From: an uncultured Acidobacteriota bacterium | GTDB taxonomy: Bacteria; Acidobacteriota; Thermoanaerobaculia; Gp7-AA8 | NCBI GenBank assembly: GCA_963741955.1 | Contig: CAVUKB010000007.1 | Span: forward strand, 1,235,628-1,299,627 | Reading direction: 5' to 3' | DNA: 64,000 bases | Shown here: positions 12,966 to 22,900 of the stretch, piece after piece | Layout of the letters: each line of letters starts with the position of its first letter | Numbering within the stretch: position 1 is the first letter of the stretch | Notes under the pieces: model-generated | What the model saw: the letters and a program-made list of their open reading frames with translations, nothing else | Database searches by the model: none | Told to the model about the DNA's origin: nothing | Made by a program: the position numbers and the translations under genes

Positions 12966-15944
12966 ATGAGGCACGAGCTGTTCGAGCCGGTCTGGACGGA
13001 GCACGGATTCGGCACACGGCTGCAGGATTTCCAGCAGCTGATGCGGCATCGGATCCGAGACGTCCTGCTGGTCTCCAGTCTCTTCGACCTCTTCCTGTTC
13101 GAGGAAGAGGGTCTCCTCTACGAGCAGATCGAGGACGAGTATCAGGGGCTCGCGCTGACTCACATCCCGGAGTTCACCCGCGTCTCGAGCGGGACTGCGG
13201 CCCTGGAGGCCTTTCAGGACGAGCCGCACATCGATCTGGTCCTCGCGACGTTGCATATCGAAGACATGACCCCGTTGCGGCTCGCGCGGATGATCCGGGA
13301 GAAGGGGTTCGACGTCCCGATCGTTCTCCTGGCGTACGACAATCAGGAGCTGAACGACCTCCTCACCCGGCAGGACATCTCCATCCTCGACCGGATCTGG
13401 GTCTGGCAGGGCGACTTCCGGGTGCTGATCGCCGCGGTCAAGGATCTGGAGGACCGGCTCAACGTGGAGCGCGACACCGCCCTGTTCGGCGTGCAGTGCA
13501 TCGTGGTGATCGAAGACAGCATCCGCTACTACTCGACGCTGATGCCGCTGCTCTATTCGGAGGTGATGCGCCATTCGCACCGTTTGATCGCCGAGGGAGT
13601 GAACTCCGCGCATCGCTCGCTGAGAATGCGTGCGCGTCCGAAACTTCTCCTCTCCACCAACTGGGAGGAGGCGTGGAACTACTTCCAGCGGTATCAGCAG
13701 CACATCATCGGGGTGATCTCCGACGTCGGGTTCCCCCGTGACGGCGAGATGGACGAGAGAGCGGGACTCGATTTCGCGAAGGCGGTCCGCTCCCGCTGGT
13801 TCGACATCGCCATTCTGCTGCAGTCGACCACCGATGAATTCGAGCAGGAGGCGCGGGACACCGGCAACATCTTCATCTCCAAGAGCTCACCGACGGTGGT
13901 CGAGGATCTGCGGCGGATTCTGCACGACACGTTCAGTTTCGGCGATTTCATCTTCCGCACGCCGGACGGGAAGGAAGTCGGTCGTGCCACGGATCTCCGC
14001 TCTCTCGAGGAGCAGCTCCGGGTCGTCCCCGACGAGAGCCTTCTCTATCACGCGGAGCGCAATCATTTCTCGAACTGGCTGAAGGCACGGACGGAGTTCC
14101 GCCTCGCGTACCATCTCCGCCCGCGGAAGGTCACGGACTACGATTCGGCCGACGATCTGCGCGGCGACGTGATCGACCAGCTCCACGAGCACCGCTCGAT
14201 CCGGCAGCGGGGAATGCTGGCGGAGTTCTCCCGGGACACGTTCGATCCGAGCAGCTCGTTCGCGCGGATCGGCGGGGGATCGCTGGGAGGGAAGGCGCGA
14301 GGGCTCGCGTTCGTGAACGCGCTTCTGTCGAGCTATATGGTGAGGAACCGGTTTCCCGACGTGGAGATCGAGGTTCCGCCGGCAGTGGTGGTCGGCACCG
14401 ACGCGTTCGACGAGTTCGTGGAGCGCAACGATCTCTACCGCTTCGCCCTCGAGTGCGGCGACGACCTGGCGATCATGCAGCGCTTCGTCGACGCGCCCTG
14501 GTTCCCTCCGTCGGTGGAAGAGGCGCTGGCCGGTTTCCTCGATCTCTGCCGCGAGCCTCTCGCCGTCCGCTCGTCCAGTCTCCTCGAGGATTCGCAGTTC
14601 CACCCTTTCGCCGGCGTCTATCAGACCTACATGCTGCCCAACAGCCACCCCGATCCGCGGGAGCGGCTTCGCGAGCTGACCCTGGCGATACGGCGTGTTT
14701 ATGCGTCGACCTTCTACCATGCCGCGCGCGAATACATCAAAGTCACCTCGCTCCGGGTGGAAGACGAGAAGATGGCGGTGATGGTTCAGAAGATCGCCGG
14801 AGCGAGACACGGTGATCGTTTCTATCCGGAGGTCTCCGGAGTCGCCCGCTCGTACAACTTCTATCCGGTGGGTCCGCAGCGGCCGGAAGATGGCGTGGCC
14901 TCGGTGGCACTCGGGCTGGGGCGGATGATCGTGGAGGGAGGGCCGACGGTGCGGTTCTGTCCGCGCTATCCGGACCATCTTCAGCAGTTCTTTTCCGCGC
15001 GCGACACGCTCCGGCACAACCAGCGCGAGTTCTACGCCCTCGAGATGTCGGACGAAGTGCCGGTCCCCAGGTCGGTGAACGACGAGAGGGTCAGGTCTTT
15101 CCCTCTCGAGCTGGCGGAAAAGGATGGAACTCTCCAGTCGGTTGCATCGACGTATTCCGCGGAGAACGATGCTCTCTACGAGGGCGTCTCCCGCGCGGGG
15201 ATGCGGGTGGTGACGTTCGCTCCGATCCTCCGGAGCCATCTGGTGCCGCTTCCGCAGGCGCTGGAGTTTCTCTGTGAGCTCGGAAGCTGGGGGATGGGAA
15301 ACCCGATCGAGATCGAGATGGCGATGAACCTCTCGGTGCCTCCGGACGAGCGGAAGAAGCTCGCGGTGCTCCAGATGCGGCCTCTGGTGCTCAACCTGGA
15401 GAGTGAGGAGCTCGAGATCGGAGAAGTCCCGATCGAGCGTCTCCTCTGTGCCAGTGGCCAGGTGCTCGGTCACGGTGCGATACACGAGATCCGCGACGTC
15501 GTGGTGGTCGACTTCGGGACGTTCGACCGTGCGCGCAGCCGCGAGGCGGCGGCGGAAGTGGCGAGGGTCAACGACCGGCTGATCGAAGAGGGGCGCGCGT
15601 ATCTCCTGATCGGTCCGGGGCGGTGGGGGACGCTCGATCCGTGGCTCGGCGTTCCGGTGAAGTGGGATCAGATCTGCGGGGCACGTGCGATCATCGAAGC
15701 GGGATTGCGCGACGTCAGCGTCGATCCCTCACAGGGCTCGCATTTCTTCCAGAACCTCACTTCGTTCCAGATCGGCTACTTCACCGTCTCCGAACGTCAC
15801 CCGGGAAGCTTCGTGGATTGGGAGTGGCTGTCGGAGCAGCGGGCGTTCTTCGAGAGCGGATGCGTGCGGCATCTCCGCTTCGACGAGCCGGTGATGGTGA
15901 AGATGAACGGCCACCAGAGGCGGGGCGTGGTCTACAAGCCGTGA
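12966..15944 (+). CDS. Receiver-like domains plus PEP/pyruvate-binding (PPDK_N, ATP-grasp) domain protein
   Basis: GSLGGKARGLAF, LAVRSSSLLEDSQFHPFAGVYQT and EIEMA ATP-grasp motifs; N-terminal CheY-like segments (VVIEDS, GVISDV); C-terminal PSQGSHFFQNLTS. Confidence 0.85.
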   Translation: MRHELFEPVWTEHGFGTRLQDFQQLMRHRIRDVLLVSSLFDLFLFEEEGLLYEQIEDEYQGLALTHIPEFTRVSSGTAALEAFQDEPHIDLVLATLHIEDMTPLRLARMIREKGFDVPIVLLAYDNQELNDLLTRQDISILDRIWVWQGDFRVLIAAVKDLEDRLNVERDTALFGVQCIVVIEDSIRYYSTLMPLLYSEVMRHSHRLIAEGVNSAHRSLRMRARPKLLLSTNWEEAWNYFQRYQQHIIGVISDVGFPRDGEMDERAGLDFAKAVRSRWFDIAILLQSTTDEFEQEARDTGNIFISKSSPTVVEDLRRILHDTFSFGDFIFRTPDGKEVGRATDLRSLEEQLRVVPDESLLYHAERNHFSNWLKARTEFRLAYHLRPRKVTDYDSADDLRGDVIDQLHEHRSIRQRGMLAEFSRDTFDPSSSFARIGGGSLGGKARGLAFVNALLSSYMVRNRFPDVEIEVPPAVVVGTDAFDEFVERNDLYRFALECGDDLAIMQRFVDAPWFPPSVEEALAGFLDLCREPLAVRSSSLLEDSQFHPFAGVYQTYMLPNSHPDPRERLRELTLAIRRVYASTFYHAAREYIKVTSLRVEDEKMAVMVQKIAGARHGDRFYPEVSGVARSYNFYPVGPQRPEDGVASVALGLGRMIVEGGPTVRFCPRYPDHLQQFFSARDTLRHNQREFYALEMSDEVPVPRSVNDERVRSFPLELAEKDGTLQSVASTYSAENDALYEGVSRAGMRVVTFAPILRSHLVPLPQALEFLCELGSWGMGNPIEIEMAMNLSVPPDERKKLAVLQMRPLVLNLESEELEIGEVPIERLLCASGQVLGHGAIHEIRDVVVVDFGTFDRARSREAAAEVARVNDRLIEEGRAYLLIGPGRWGTLDPWLGVPVKWDQICGARAIIEAGLRDVSVDPSQGSHFFQNLTSFQIGYFTVSERHPGSFVDWEWLSEQRAFFESGCVRHLRFDEPVMVKMNGHQRRGVVYKP

Positions 15945-16006
15945 GAGAGCATCTGCGAGCGCGAGAATGCAGCGCATACGCTGAGCTGTTGTGACCAGCT
16001 GACACC

Positions 16007-16738
16007 ATGCCTGCCGAGACCGTGAATGACGACGCCGTCCTGATCGCCCGATTCGTCTCCATTCCCGACGCGGAAGGGGCGCGCAGCGCGCTGGGGGCGT
16101 CCGGCGTCGAGGCGTTCCTCGCGGACGAGAACATGGTGGCGATGAACTGGCTCTACTCGAACGCGATCGGCGGAATCCGTCTGTTCGTTCGAAGAGAGGA
16201 TGCAGAGCGCGCGCGGGAGGTTCTCGAGCTCGCGCCATCTGCGGAATCCGAAGAAGAGCCTGAAGCGTACTCCGCGGAAGTGACGGCTCCGGCGGCTCCG
16301 ATCGCGATCCGCTGTCCCGATTGCGGATCGACGGACGTGCGGTCGATTCCGAAGGTGACGATCGTGGCGGTCGCGGTGGTCATCGGCGCCGTCCTCGCGC
16401 TCACCACTCCGTTCTCCGATCTCGCTGCGCTGATCGTCGTCATCGCGGCGGGTCTGGTGCTCCTCACTCCGTCGCACAAGTGCCGTCAGTGCTCGCGGGC
16501 GTTCACTCCCGCCGAGCCGGAGGAGGAGGACGAGCTCGAGCTTCCAGCCGAGGAGGGGGAACCGGAGCAGCCGTGTCCACGATGCGGCACGCTGGAGACG
16601 GGGCGGATCGACTGGTTCCGCACGCGGCGGCTGATGTTCGTCTTCACCGCTTTCAACCTGCTGCTGTGGATTCCTCTCGCCATCGCGTGGCCGTTTCTGA
16701 AGAAGCACGAGTGCACGGTGTGCGGCGCGCGCTGGTAG
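16007..16738 (+). CDS. DUF2007-like N-terminal domain, zinc-ribbon membrane protein
   Basis: GVEAFLADEN..GGIRLFVRREDAERAREVL; four CxxC pairs (CPDC, CRQC, CPRC, CTVC) flanking TM segments. Confidence 0.75.
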   Translation: MPAETVNDDAVLIARFVSIPDAEGARSALGASGVEAFLADENMVAMNWLYSNAIGGIRLFVRREDAERAREVLELAPSAESEEEPEAYSAEVTAPAAPIAIRCPDCGSTDVRSIPKVTIVAVAVVIGAVLALTTPFSDLAALIVVIAAGLVLLTPSHKCRQCSRAFTPAEPEEEDELELPAEEGEPEQPCPRCGTLETGRIDWFRTRRLMFVFTAFNLLLWIPLAIAWPFLKKHECTVCGARW

Positions 16739-17017
16739 GGTCTCGCGAAGCGTCGGTGATGCTTGCGACGCGCTTTGCTTCTGCCGCATGGCGAGGAGCG
16801 GCACGGCTTCCGCCGTGCCGGCCGCGGCGGCAGCCGCGGCGCCCCTCGGCGCGCGAACGGCGCGTCTTCCTGGACTGTGGGTCACGCGAAGCGTCGGTGA
16901 TGCTGGCGGCGCCTCCCCCGGGCGTGCGAGACTCGCGTCGCGCGCGATCACCGTGCGATAATGAGCGGCACATTCTCCAAAGACGTGACGCCGTGGGGGG
17001 CACACAGGAGTCACGAG

Positions 17018-17692
17018 ATGCGTGAAGGTCTCAGTAACGATACGCTCCAGTCGATCTATCGCCGTGTCGCGGGGCATTACGATTTCCAGCATGGGCTTCT
17101 AACGGCGAAGTCGGACGCGCGCGGACGGCGCCTCGTGGTCGAGCAGACCGTCCGCGAAGGAAACAAGGTTCTCGACTGCGGGTCGGGGACGGGCTCGACC
17201 GGACTGATGGCGGCGCAGAAGGCCGGGCCTTCCGGTCACGTCACCCTCTTCGATCTCAGCGCGGACATGCTCGCGGTGGCGGAGAAGAAGGCGGTGCAAC
17301 AGAATCTGCGCGACCGCATCGACCTGCAGACCGGCGACATGCTGCATCTCCCGTTCGACGAAGGTACGTTCGACGTCGTCCTCTCCACGTACAGTCTCTG
17401 TCCGATCTACGACCCGGCGAAGGGAGCGCTCGAGCTCTACCGCGTGGTGCGTCCGGGAGGGCTGGTGGGGATCGCCCATTCCGCGGAAGCCGATGGCGCG
17501 GTCGTCAAGCCGCTCGCGGATGCCGTGGAGAGCGTCGTCTGGCGCATGCACCTGATCTCGATCGGTTGCCGCGCGGTCGAAGTGCTTCCCGCTCTCGAGC
17601 GCGCCGGAGGCGAGGTGGTCTTCTCGAAGAAGATCGGAGTTCCGCTCTGGCCGTTCGCAGTCTTCGTGGTGCGCAAGCCGATGGAGCACTAA
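17018..17692 (+). CDS. Class I SAM-dependent methyltransferase (UbiE/MenG-like)
   Basis: VLDCGSGTG, DLSADML, LPFDEGTFDVV and RVVRPGG; AGGAG RBS at 17006 (alternative start 16961). Confidence 0.85.
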   Translation: MREGLSNDTLQSIYRRVAGHYDFQHGLLTAKSDARGRRLVVEQTVREGNKVLDCGSGTGSTGLMAAQKAGPSGHVTLFDLSADMLAVAEKKAVQQNLRDRIDLQTGDMLHLPFDEGTFDVVLSTYSLCPIYDPAKGALELYRVVRPGGLVGIAHSAEADGAVVKPLADAVESVVWRMHLISIGCRAVEVLPALERAGGEVVFSKKIGVPLWPFAVFVVRKPMEH

Positions 17693-17696
17693 AGGC

Positions 17697-17976
17697 ATCG
17701 AGGATCGAGGATCGGGGATCGAGGATCGAGGATCGGGGATCGAGGATCGGGGATCGGGGATCGAGGATCGAGGATCGAGGATCGGGGATCGGGGATCGAG
17801 GATCGAGGATCGAGGATCGGGGATCGGGGATCGGGGATCGAGGATCGAGGATCGAGGATCGAGGATCGGGGATCGAGGATCAGGGATCAGGGATCGAGGA
17901 TCGAGGATCGAGGATCGGGGATCGGGGATCGGGGACCGGGGACCGGGGATCGGGGATCGGGGATCGAGGATCGGGG
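17697..17976 (+). repeat. Heptamer microsatellite ATCG(A/G)GG x40
   Basis: 280 bp of in-phase ATCGAGG/ATCGGGG units with a few ATCAGGG and ACCGGGG variants. Confidence 0.97.
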
Positions 17977-18095
17977 AGTGCGGATCGTCAGCCGCGGTTC
18001 GCCCGGTAGAATCGAGGGTCTACGATCTACGAAAAGAGAACGCCACGACTGGAGTCGTGGCCTGGAGTTTGGCGGAACTCGGAGTCGTTGGGCGG

Positions 18096-18122
18096 AAGTC
18101 CAGGAATTCTGGACTTTTTTTT
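18096..18122 (+). terminator. Intrinsic terminator inside the IS left end
   Basis: AAGTCCAG-GAATT-CTGGACTT hairpin running into a T8 tract. Confidence 0.7.
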
Positions 18123-18168
18123 CGTCCCGTGGTATCTAGTTATATCACTAGACCAGAAGGAGGTCACC

Positions 18169-18378
18169 ATGGGATTTCCAACCAAAGTGCAGCTGATCGC
18201 TCGTGCAAAGAGCAGGCAGTGGTACGTGAACCTTCCCGCGGCCGTGGCCCAAGCTTGTGAATTCATTCGCGGTGAGATCGTCGAATGGGTCATCGAGGAC
18301 AAGCGAACGCTGATCCTCAAGCGGGCAAAGGATCCGACCGGAACCGTCGAAGCGAAGCGGGTCAAAAAAAAACGCTGA
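18169..18378 (+). CDS. Small IS-encoded AbrB/MazE-like DNA-binding protein (orfA)
   Basis: GGAGG RBS at 18159; MGFPTKVQLIARAKSRQWYVNLPAAVAQACEFIRGEIVEWVIEDKRTLILKR shows a swapped-hairpin pattern; ends in an A9 run (VKKKR*). Confidence 0.7.
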   Translation: MGFPTKVQLIARAKSRQWYVNLPAAVAQACEFIRGEIVEWVIEDKRTLILKRAKDPTGTVEAKRVKKKR

Positions 18379-18418
18379 TCGAAATCTTCTTCGCTCATTC
18401 AACGCGATCTTCGACGAA

Positions 18419-19831
18419 TTGAATGGATCCTGTGATGCTCGGGTGCTTCAGCGGGTTCGTGGGTTGGCCATCGGCCTGCTCAACTGCACCGGGCGACACA
18501 CGGTAAGCGGAATGATTGAAGCAGGCCGCGATCCGCAGCAGGACTGGTCGGCAGACTATCGCGTTTTCTCGGAGGGTCGGTTCGATGTGAGCGAGATGTT
18601 CAGAGTCATCGAACGACACCTGCTCGCGTACTTGCCGCTCGACGCACCGCTGGTGCTGCCGCTGGATGACACGAAGTTGCGCAAGACGGGCATGAAGATC
18701 CCAGGCGTGAGTTATCAGCGCGATCCGATGTCGCCGCCTTTCCACACGAACTTGATCCGCGCCCAACGGTTCATTCAGGCTGCGATCAGTGTTCCTTTAA
18801 CTGGCCAGTCTGCCGGTCCGGCGCGCAGCTTCCCGATCCGGTTCAATCACCAGCCTCCGGCGGTTCGCCCGGGGGCCGGAGCAACCGAGCAGGAACGTGC
18901 CGAGTATCGTCGCCAGCAGAAAGAGCAGAATCTTTCCATCGGTGCAACGCGTCTGCTGATCCAAACTCGCAAGGACTTTGACCAGCTCGGAGCGAGCGAG
19001 CGCGTGCTGATGCCGGTGGTTGACGGCGGTTACACCAACCGTACGGTTCTGCGGAACTTGCCGGAACGAACGATCCTGATCGGTCGCATCCGAGGCGACG
19101 CGAAGCTGTTCTTTCCTCCAAACTCTCAACCGCTTCGCGGACGCAAGCGCTGGTATGGCGATCAGGCCCCAACACCCGATCAACTCCGCGTGGACCAATC
19201 CATCGACTGGCAACAGGTCCAAGTCTGGGCCTCGGGTCGTGAACACGCCTGTTCGATCAAGACCATCGGTCCCGTGCTTTGGAAAACTTCGGGTTATGAA
19301 CTGCCTCTGCGGCTCGTCGTGATCCGGCCACTGGGCTATCGGCTCCGCAAGAAATCACGCCTGCTGTATCGCAAACCGGCGTTCCTGATCTGTACCGACC
19401 TGAAACTCTCGCTCGTCGAGCTCGTCCAAGCCTACTTCCGCCGCTGGGATATCGAGGTCAATCACCGCGACGAAAAGCAGATCTTCGGTGTCGGCCAGGC
19501 GCAGGTGCGCAACCGGCGATCGGTCGACTCGCTGCCCGCTTTCGCCGTAGCCGTCTACTCGATGATGCTCCTCGCTGCCGCCGATTGCTTCGGCCTCGGC
19601 TCCACTGCGCCCCCCGAACTGATGCCCAAGTGGAGAGACAACGATATCCCCGATCAGTGGCGAATACCCACCGGCCAGTACCTTCGCGCGATGCGATCCG
19701 CCTGCATTCGCCACATCCGCAACTTCGAACCCCCCAATTTCACCGACTTCCAGACCCCCGTCGCACGACACCTGAAGCGCTCGAAATCCGCTGTCACCCC
19801 CGAAATGGCTGTCCAGTACGCCACTTCGTAG
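18419..19831 (+). CDS. DDE transposase (DDE_5 / IS701-like); true N-terminus uncertain
   Basis: LPLDDTKLRKTG, VVDGGY and YFRRWDIEVNHRDEKQ (Y-x2-R-W-x-I-E-x6-K) motifs. Confidence 0.9.
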   Translation: MNGSCDARVLQRVRGLAIGLLNCTGRHTVSGMIEAGRDPQQDWSADYRVFSEGRFDVSEMFRVIERHLLAYLPLDAPLVLPLDDTKLRKTGMKIPGVSYQRDPMSPPFHTNLIRAQRFIQAAISVPLTGQSAGPARSFPIRFNHQPPAVRPGAGATEQERAEYRRQQKEQNLSIGATRLLIQTRKDFDQLGASERVLMPVVDGGYTNRTVLRNLPERTILIGRIRGDAKLFFPPNSQPLRGRKRWYGDQAPTPDQLRVDQSIDWQQVQVWASGREHACSIKTIGPVLWKTSGYELPLRLVVIRPLGYRLRKKSRLLYRKPAFLICTDLKLSLVELVQAYFRRWDIEVNHRDEKQIFGVGQAQVRNRRSVDSLPAFAVAVYSMMLLAAADCFGLGSTAPPELMPKWRDNDIPDQWRIPTGQYLRAMRSACIRHIRNFEPPNFTDFQTPVARHLKRSKSAVTPEMAVQYATS

Positions 19832-19964
19832 CTCGCGCCTTGCTCGAGAAACGCCAAACTCCAGGCCACGACTGGAGTCGTGGCGCCCCTCGAGGTCGTG
19901 GTGCGCCTCGCTCTTCAGATCCACAATCCGCGATCCACGATGCCTTTCAGATCCACGATGCCTT

Positions 19965-22900
19965 TCACACCTCGAGACGGTCTGCGGGCCGCGCGACGAG
20001 CGCATACAGCGCCGGCATCAGAAAGACGCTGATCAGAAGCCGTGAGAAGAGACCTCCCACGATCACCAGAGCGAACGGCCGCTGCGTATCCGAGCCGATG
20101 CCGGTCGCGAGTGCCGCCGGCAGCAGACCGAATGCTGCGACGAGCGCCGTCATCATGATCGGACGGAGACGAAGGATGGCCGCCTCACGTGTGGCAGTGA
20201 AGATCTCCAGACCATCCTTTCGCAGCTCGTTCGCATACGAGATGTAGATCACCGCCGTCTGCACCGACACGCCGAAGAGGGCGAGGAATCCGATTCCCGA
20301 CGAGACGCTGAACGGCGTCCCGGAGAGCTTCAACGCGATCAGGCCTCCGACCGGACTCGAAAGGACCACCGCGAGCACCGTGATCAGCGGAAATTTGAAA
20401 TTCGCGTACAACATGAAGAGGAGGAGGAAGATCAGCAGCAGAGTGAGCGGGAGGATCACCGCGAGCTGTCTCCGCGACGCGGTGTACTCCTGGTACTCGC
20501 CGCCCCAGACCACCCGGTATCCCGGCGGCATCTTCACTTTCGCGGCGACCTGCCGCTGAGCATCCTCGACCGCTCCCGCGAGATCGCGCCCTCCGATCGA
20601 GTACTGGACGCCGATGTAGCGTGAGTTGTTCTCGCGGTAAATGAACGACGCCCCGCTCGCGACCCGGATGTCGGCGAGCTCTTCGAGCGGAACCTGCTGC
20701 CCGTCCGGCGTCGCCACCAGAATCTTCCCGATCGCTTCCGGTGATTCGCGGTACTGCGGCTCGAGCCGCACCACGAGATCGAACAGCCTCTCCCCCTGCA
20801 CGACCTGGGTTGCCACCGCGCCGCCGACCGCGGCTTCGATCAGGCCGTTGATGTCCGCGACGTTCAATCCGTAACGCGCGATCTTCTCCCGATCCACCCG
20901 GATGGTGAGACTCGGCTGGCCGAGTTGCCGGACCACCGAGATCTCGCCGATCCCGCGTACCCCCTCCAGAACTTTCCGGATCGCGTTTCCGCGGTCTTCC
21001 AGCACCGAGAGATCCGGACCGAAGATCTTCACTGCCAGCGCGCTCTTCAGCCCCGTCTCCGCTTCGTCGACTGCATCTTCGGCGGGCTGCGTGAAGTTGA
21101 ATACGATCCCCGGGAACGCCTTCAGCTTCTCGTTCACGGCCTCGATCAGCTGCTGCTTCGTCCGGTACTTTCCTTTCCACTGCGAGTACGGTTCGAGCCC
21201 GACGAAGAACTCGTCGTTGAAGAAGCCGGTCGGATCCGTTCCGTCATCCGGTCGTCCCAGCTCGTTCGCCACGACGGTCACTTCGGGGAAGGAGCGAAGG
21301 ATCGAACGGACTTTCGGCGAGATCTTCGATGCCTCTTCGAAGGAGATGGTCGACGGCATGGTCGCCCGGATCCAGAGCGATCCTTCATCGAGGTGCGGCA
21401 TGAACTCCGCGCCGATCCCCGGAATCAGAAGGAGCGATGCGATGAAGATGACGAATGATACGACCGTCGTTCCCCACGGATGCGCGAGGCAGCGGTCGAG
21501 TCCCCAGGTGTAAGCCTGGAGGATCTTTTCGAAGATCACGTTGCGCCGTTCGCGCACGCCGCGCCGCAATGCCCAGGAGGAGAGAACGGGGAGGAGTGTG
21601 AGTGCGATGACCAGCGCGCCGACGAGAGCGAAGATGGTGGTGTCGGCCATCGGCTTGAAGAGGTCACCCGAAGGACCGGTGAGGGCGTAGATCGGAAGGA
21701 ATCCCGCCACGATGACTGCCACCGCGTAGAAGATCGGCCGGTCGACTTCCGCTGCGGCCCGAATGATCACTTCCCGGACGCTGAGCTTCCCTTCGTTCAG
21801 CGCGAGCCTGCGGAAGATGTTCTCCACCATCACCACCGCGCCGTCGACGAGGATGCCGAAGTCGATCGCACCGATGGAGAGAAGATTCGCCGGGACGTGC
21901 TCGAGGTCGAGACAGACGAACGCGAAGAGGAGTGACAGTGGAATGGTCACTGCCACGATCAGCCCGGAGCGGAAGTCGTAGAGAAAGAAGACCAGGACCA
22001 CCAGCACCAGGAGCATCCCGCGCAGCAGGTTGTCCTCGACCGTGCGGGTGGTGAGCGCGATCAGATCGCTCCGGTCGTAGAACGGATGGATCTTCACGTC
22101 CTTCGGCAGGACCGAATCATTGAGCTCTTTCGTTTTCTGCTCGACGCGCTTCAGGACGACCTGGGCCTGCTCGCCGCGACGCATCAGGATCACGCCTTCG
22201 ACGGCTTCGTCGCGGTCGTTGAATCCGAACTGCCCGAGCCGCGGTGCGATGCCGATCACCACTCGTCCGATGTCCTTGATCAGCACCGGCGTGCCGTCGT
22301 GCACCGCGACGACGACGTTGCCGATGTCTTCCAGCGTGGTCAGCCGCCCCAGTCCGCGGACGTAATAGAACTGCCCACCCTGCGAGTAGAAGCCACCTCC
22401 GGTGTTTCCGTTGCTCGCTTCGAGCGATGCCTGGATCGCCGGAACGGAGAGTCCCACCGCGGCGACTTTCGCCGGATCGAGGAGGACCTGGTACTGCATG
22501 GTCGGTCCACCCAGTCCGGAGTCGTCCGCGACTCCCGGGACCGACTTGTACTGACGCTCGATGACCCAGTCCTCGAGATTCTTCAGATCCATCGGGGAGC
22601 GGTCGGGGCTGTCGAGAACGTACCGGTAGATCAGCCCGGAGGGAGAGAAGAGGGGAGCGACGTCGGAGGAGACGCCGTCCGGAAGCTCGACGTCTCGAAG
22701 CCGCTGGAAGACGCGCTCGCGCGCGAGATTGATGTCCGTGCCGTGAGCGAACGTCAGCCGGACGTCGGAGAGACCGTACAGCGAGATCGAGCGGACCACG
22801 GCGACGTCGGGAATTCCGTTCATCTCCACTTCCACCGGCACCGTGATCAGTCGCTCGACTTCCTCCGCGGCCTGACCCTGCCACTGCGTCGAGATCTCCA

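Larger units (their letters stand above)
18062..19864 (+). mobile_element. Insertion sequence (IS701/IS4-like DDE), 1803 bp
   Basis: TIRs CTGGAGTTTGGCG (18062-18074) and CGCCAAACTCCAG (19852-19864); flanking direct repeat GCCACGACTGGAGTCGTGGC at 18042-18061 and 19865-19884. Confidence 0.9.

Noticed and set aside
17566-18009. 147-aa ORF with IEDRGSR repeats
   Set aside because: It is a translation of the heptamer microsatellite and overlaps the methyltransferase out of frame.
18041-19885. Reading the IS ends as ~34-bp TIRs
   Set aside because: The outer 20 bp are identical in direct orientation, including the asymmetric GG loop, which favours a target duplication; the longer inverted match is a by-product of the palindrome.
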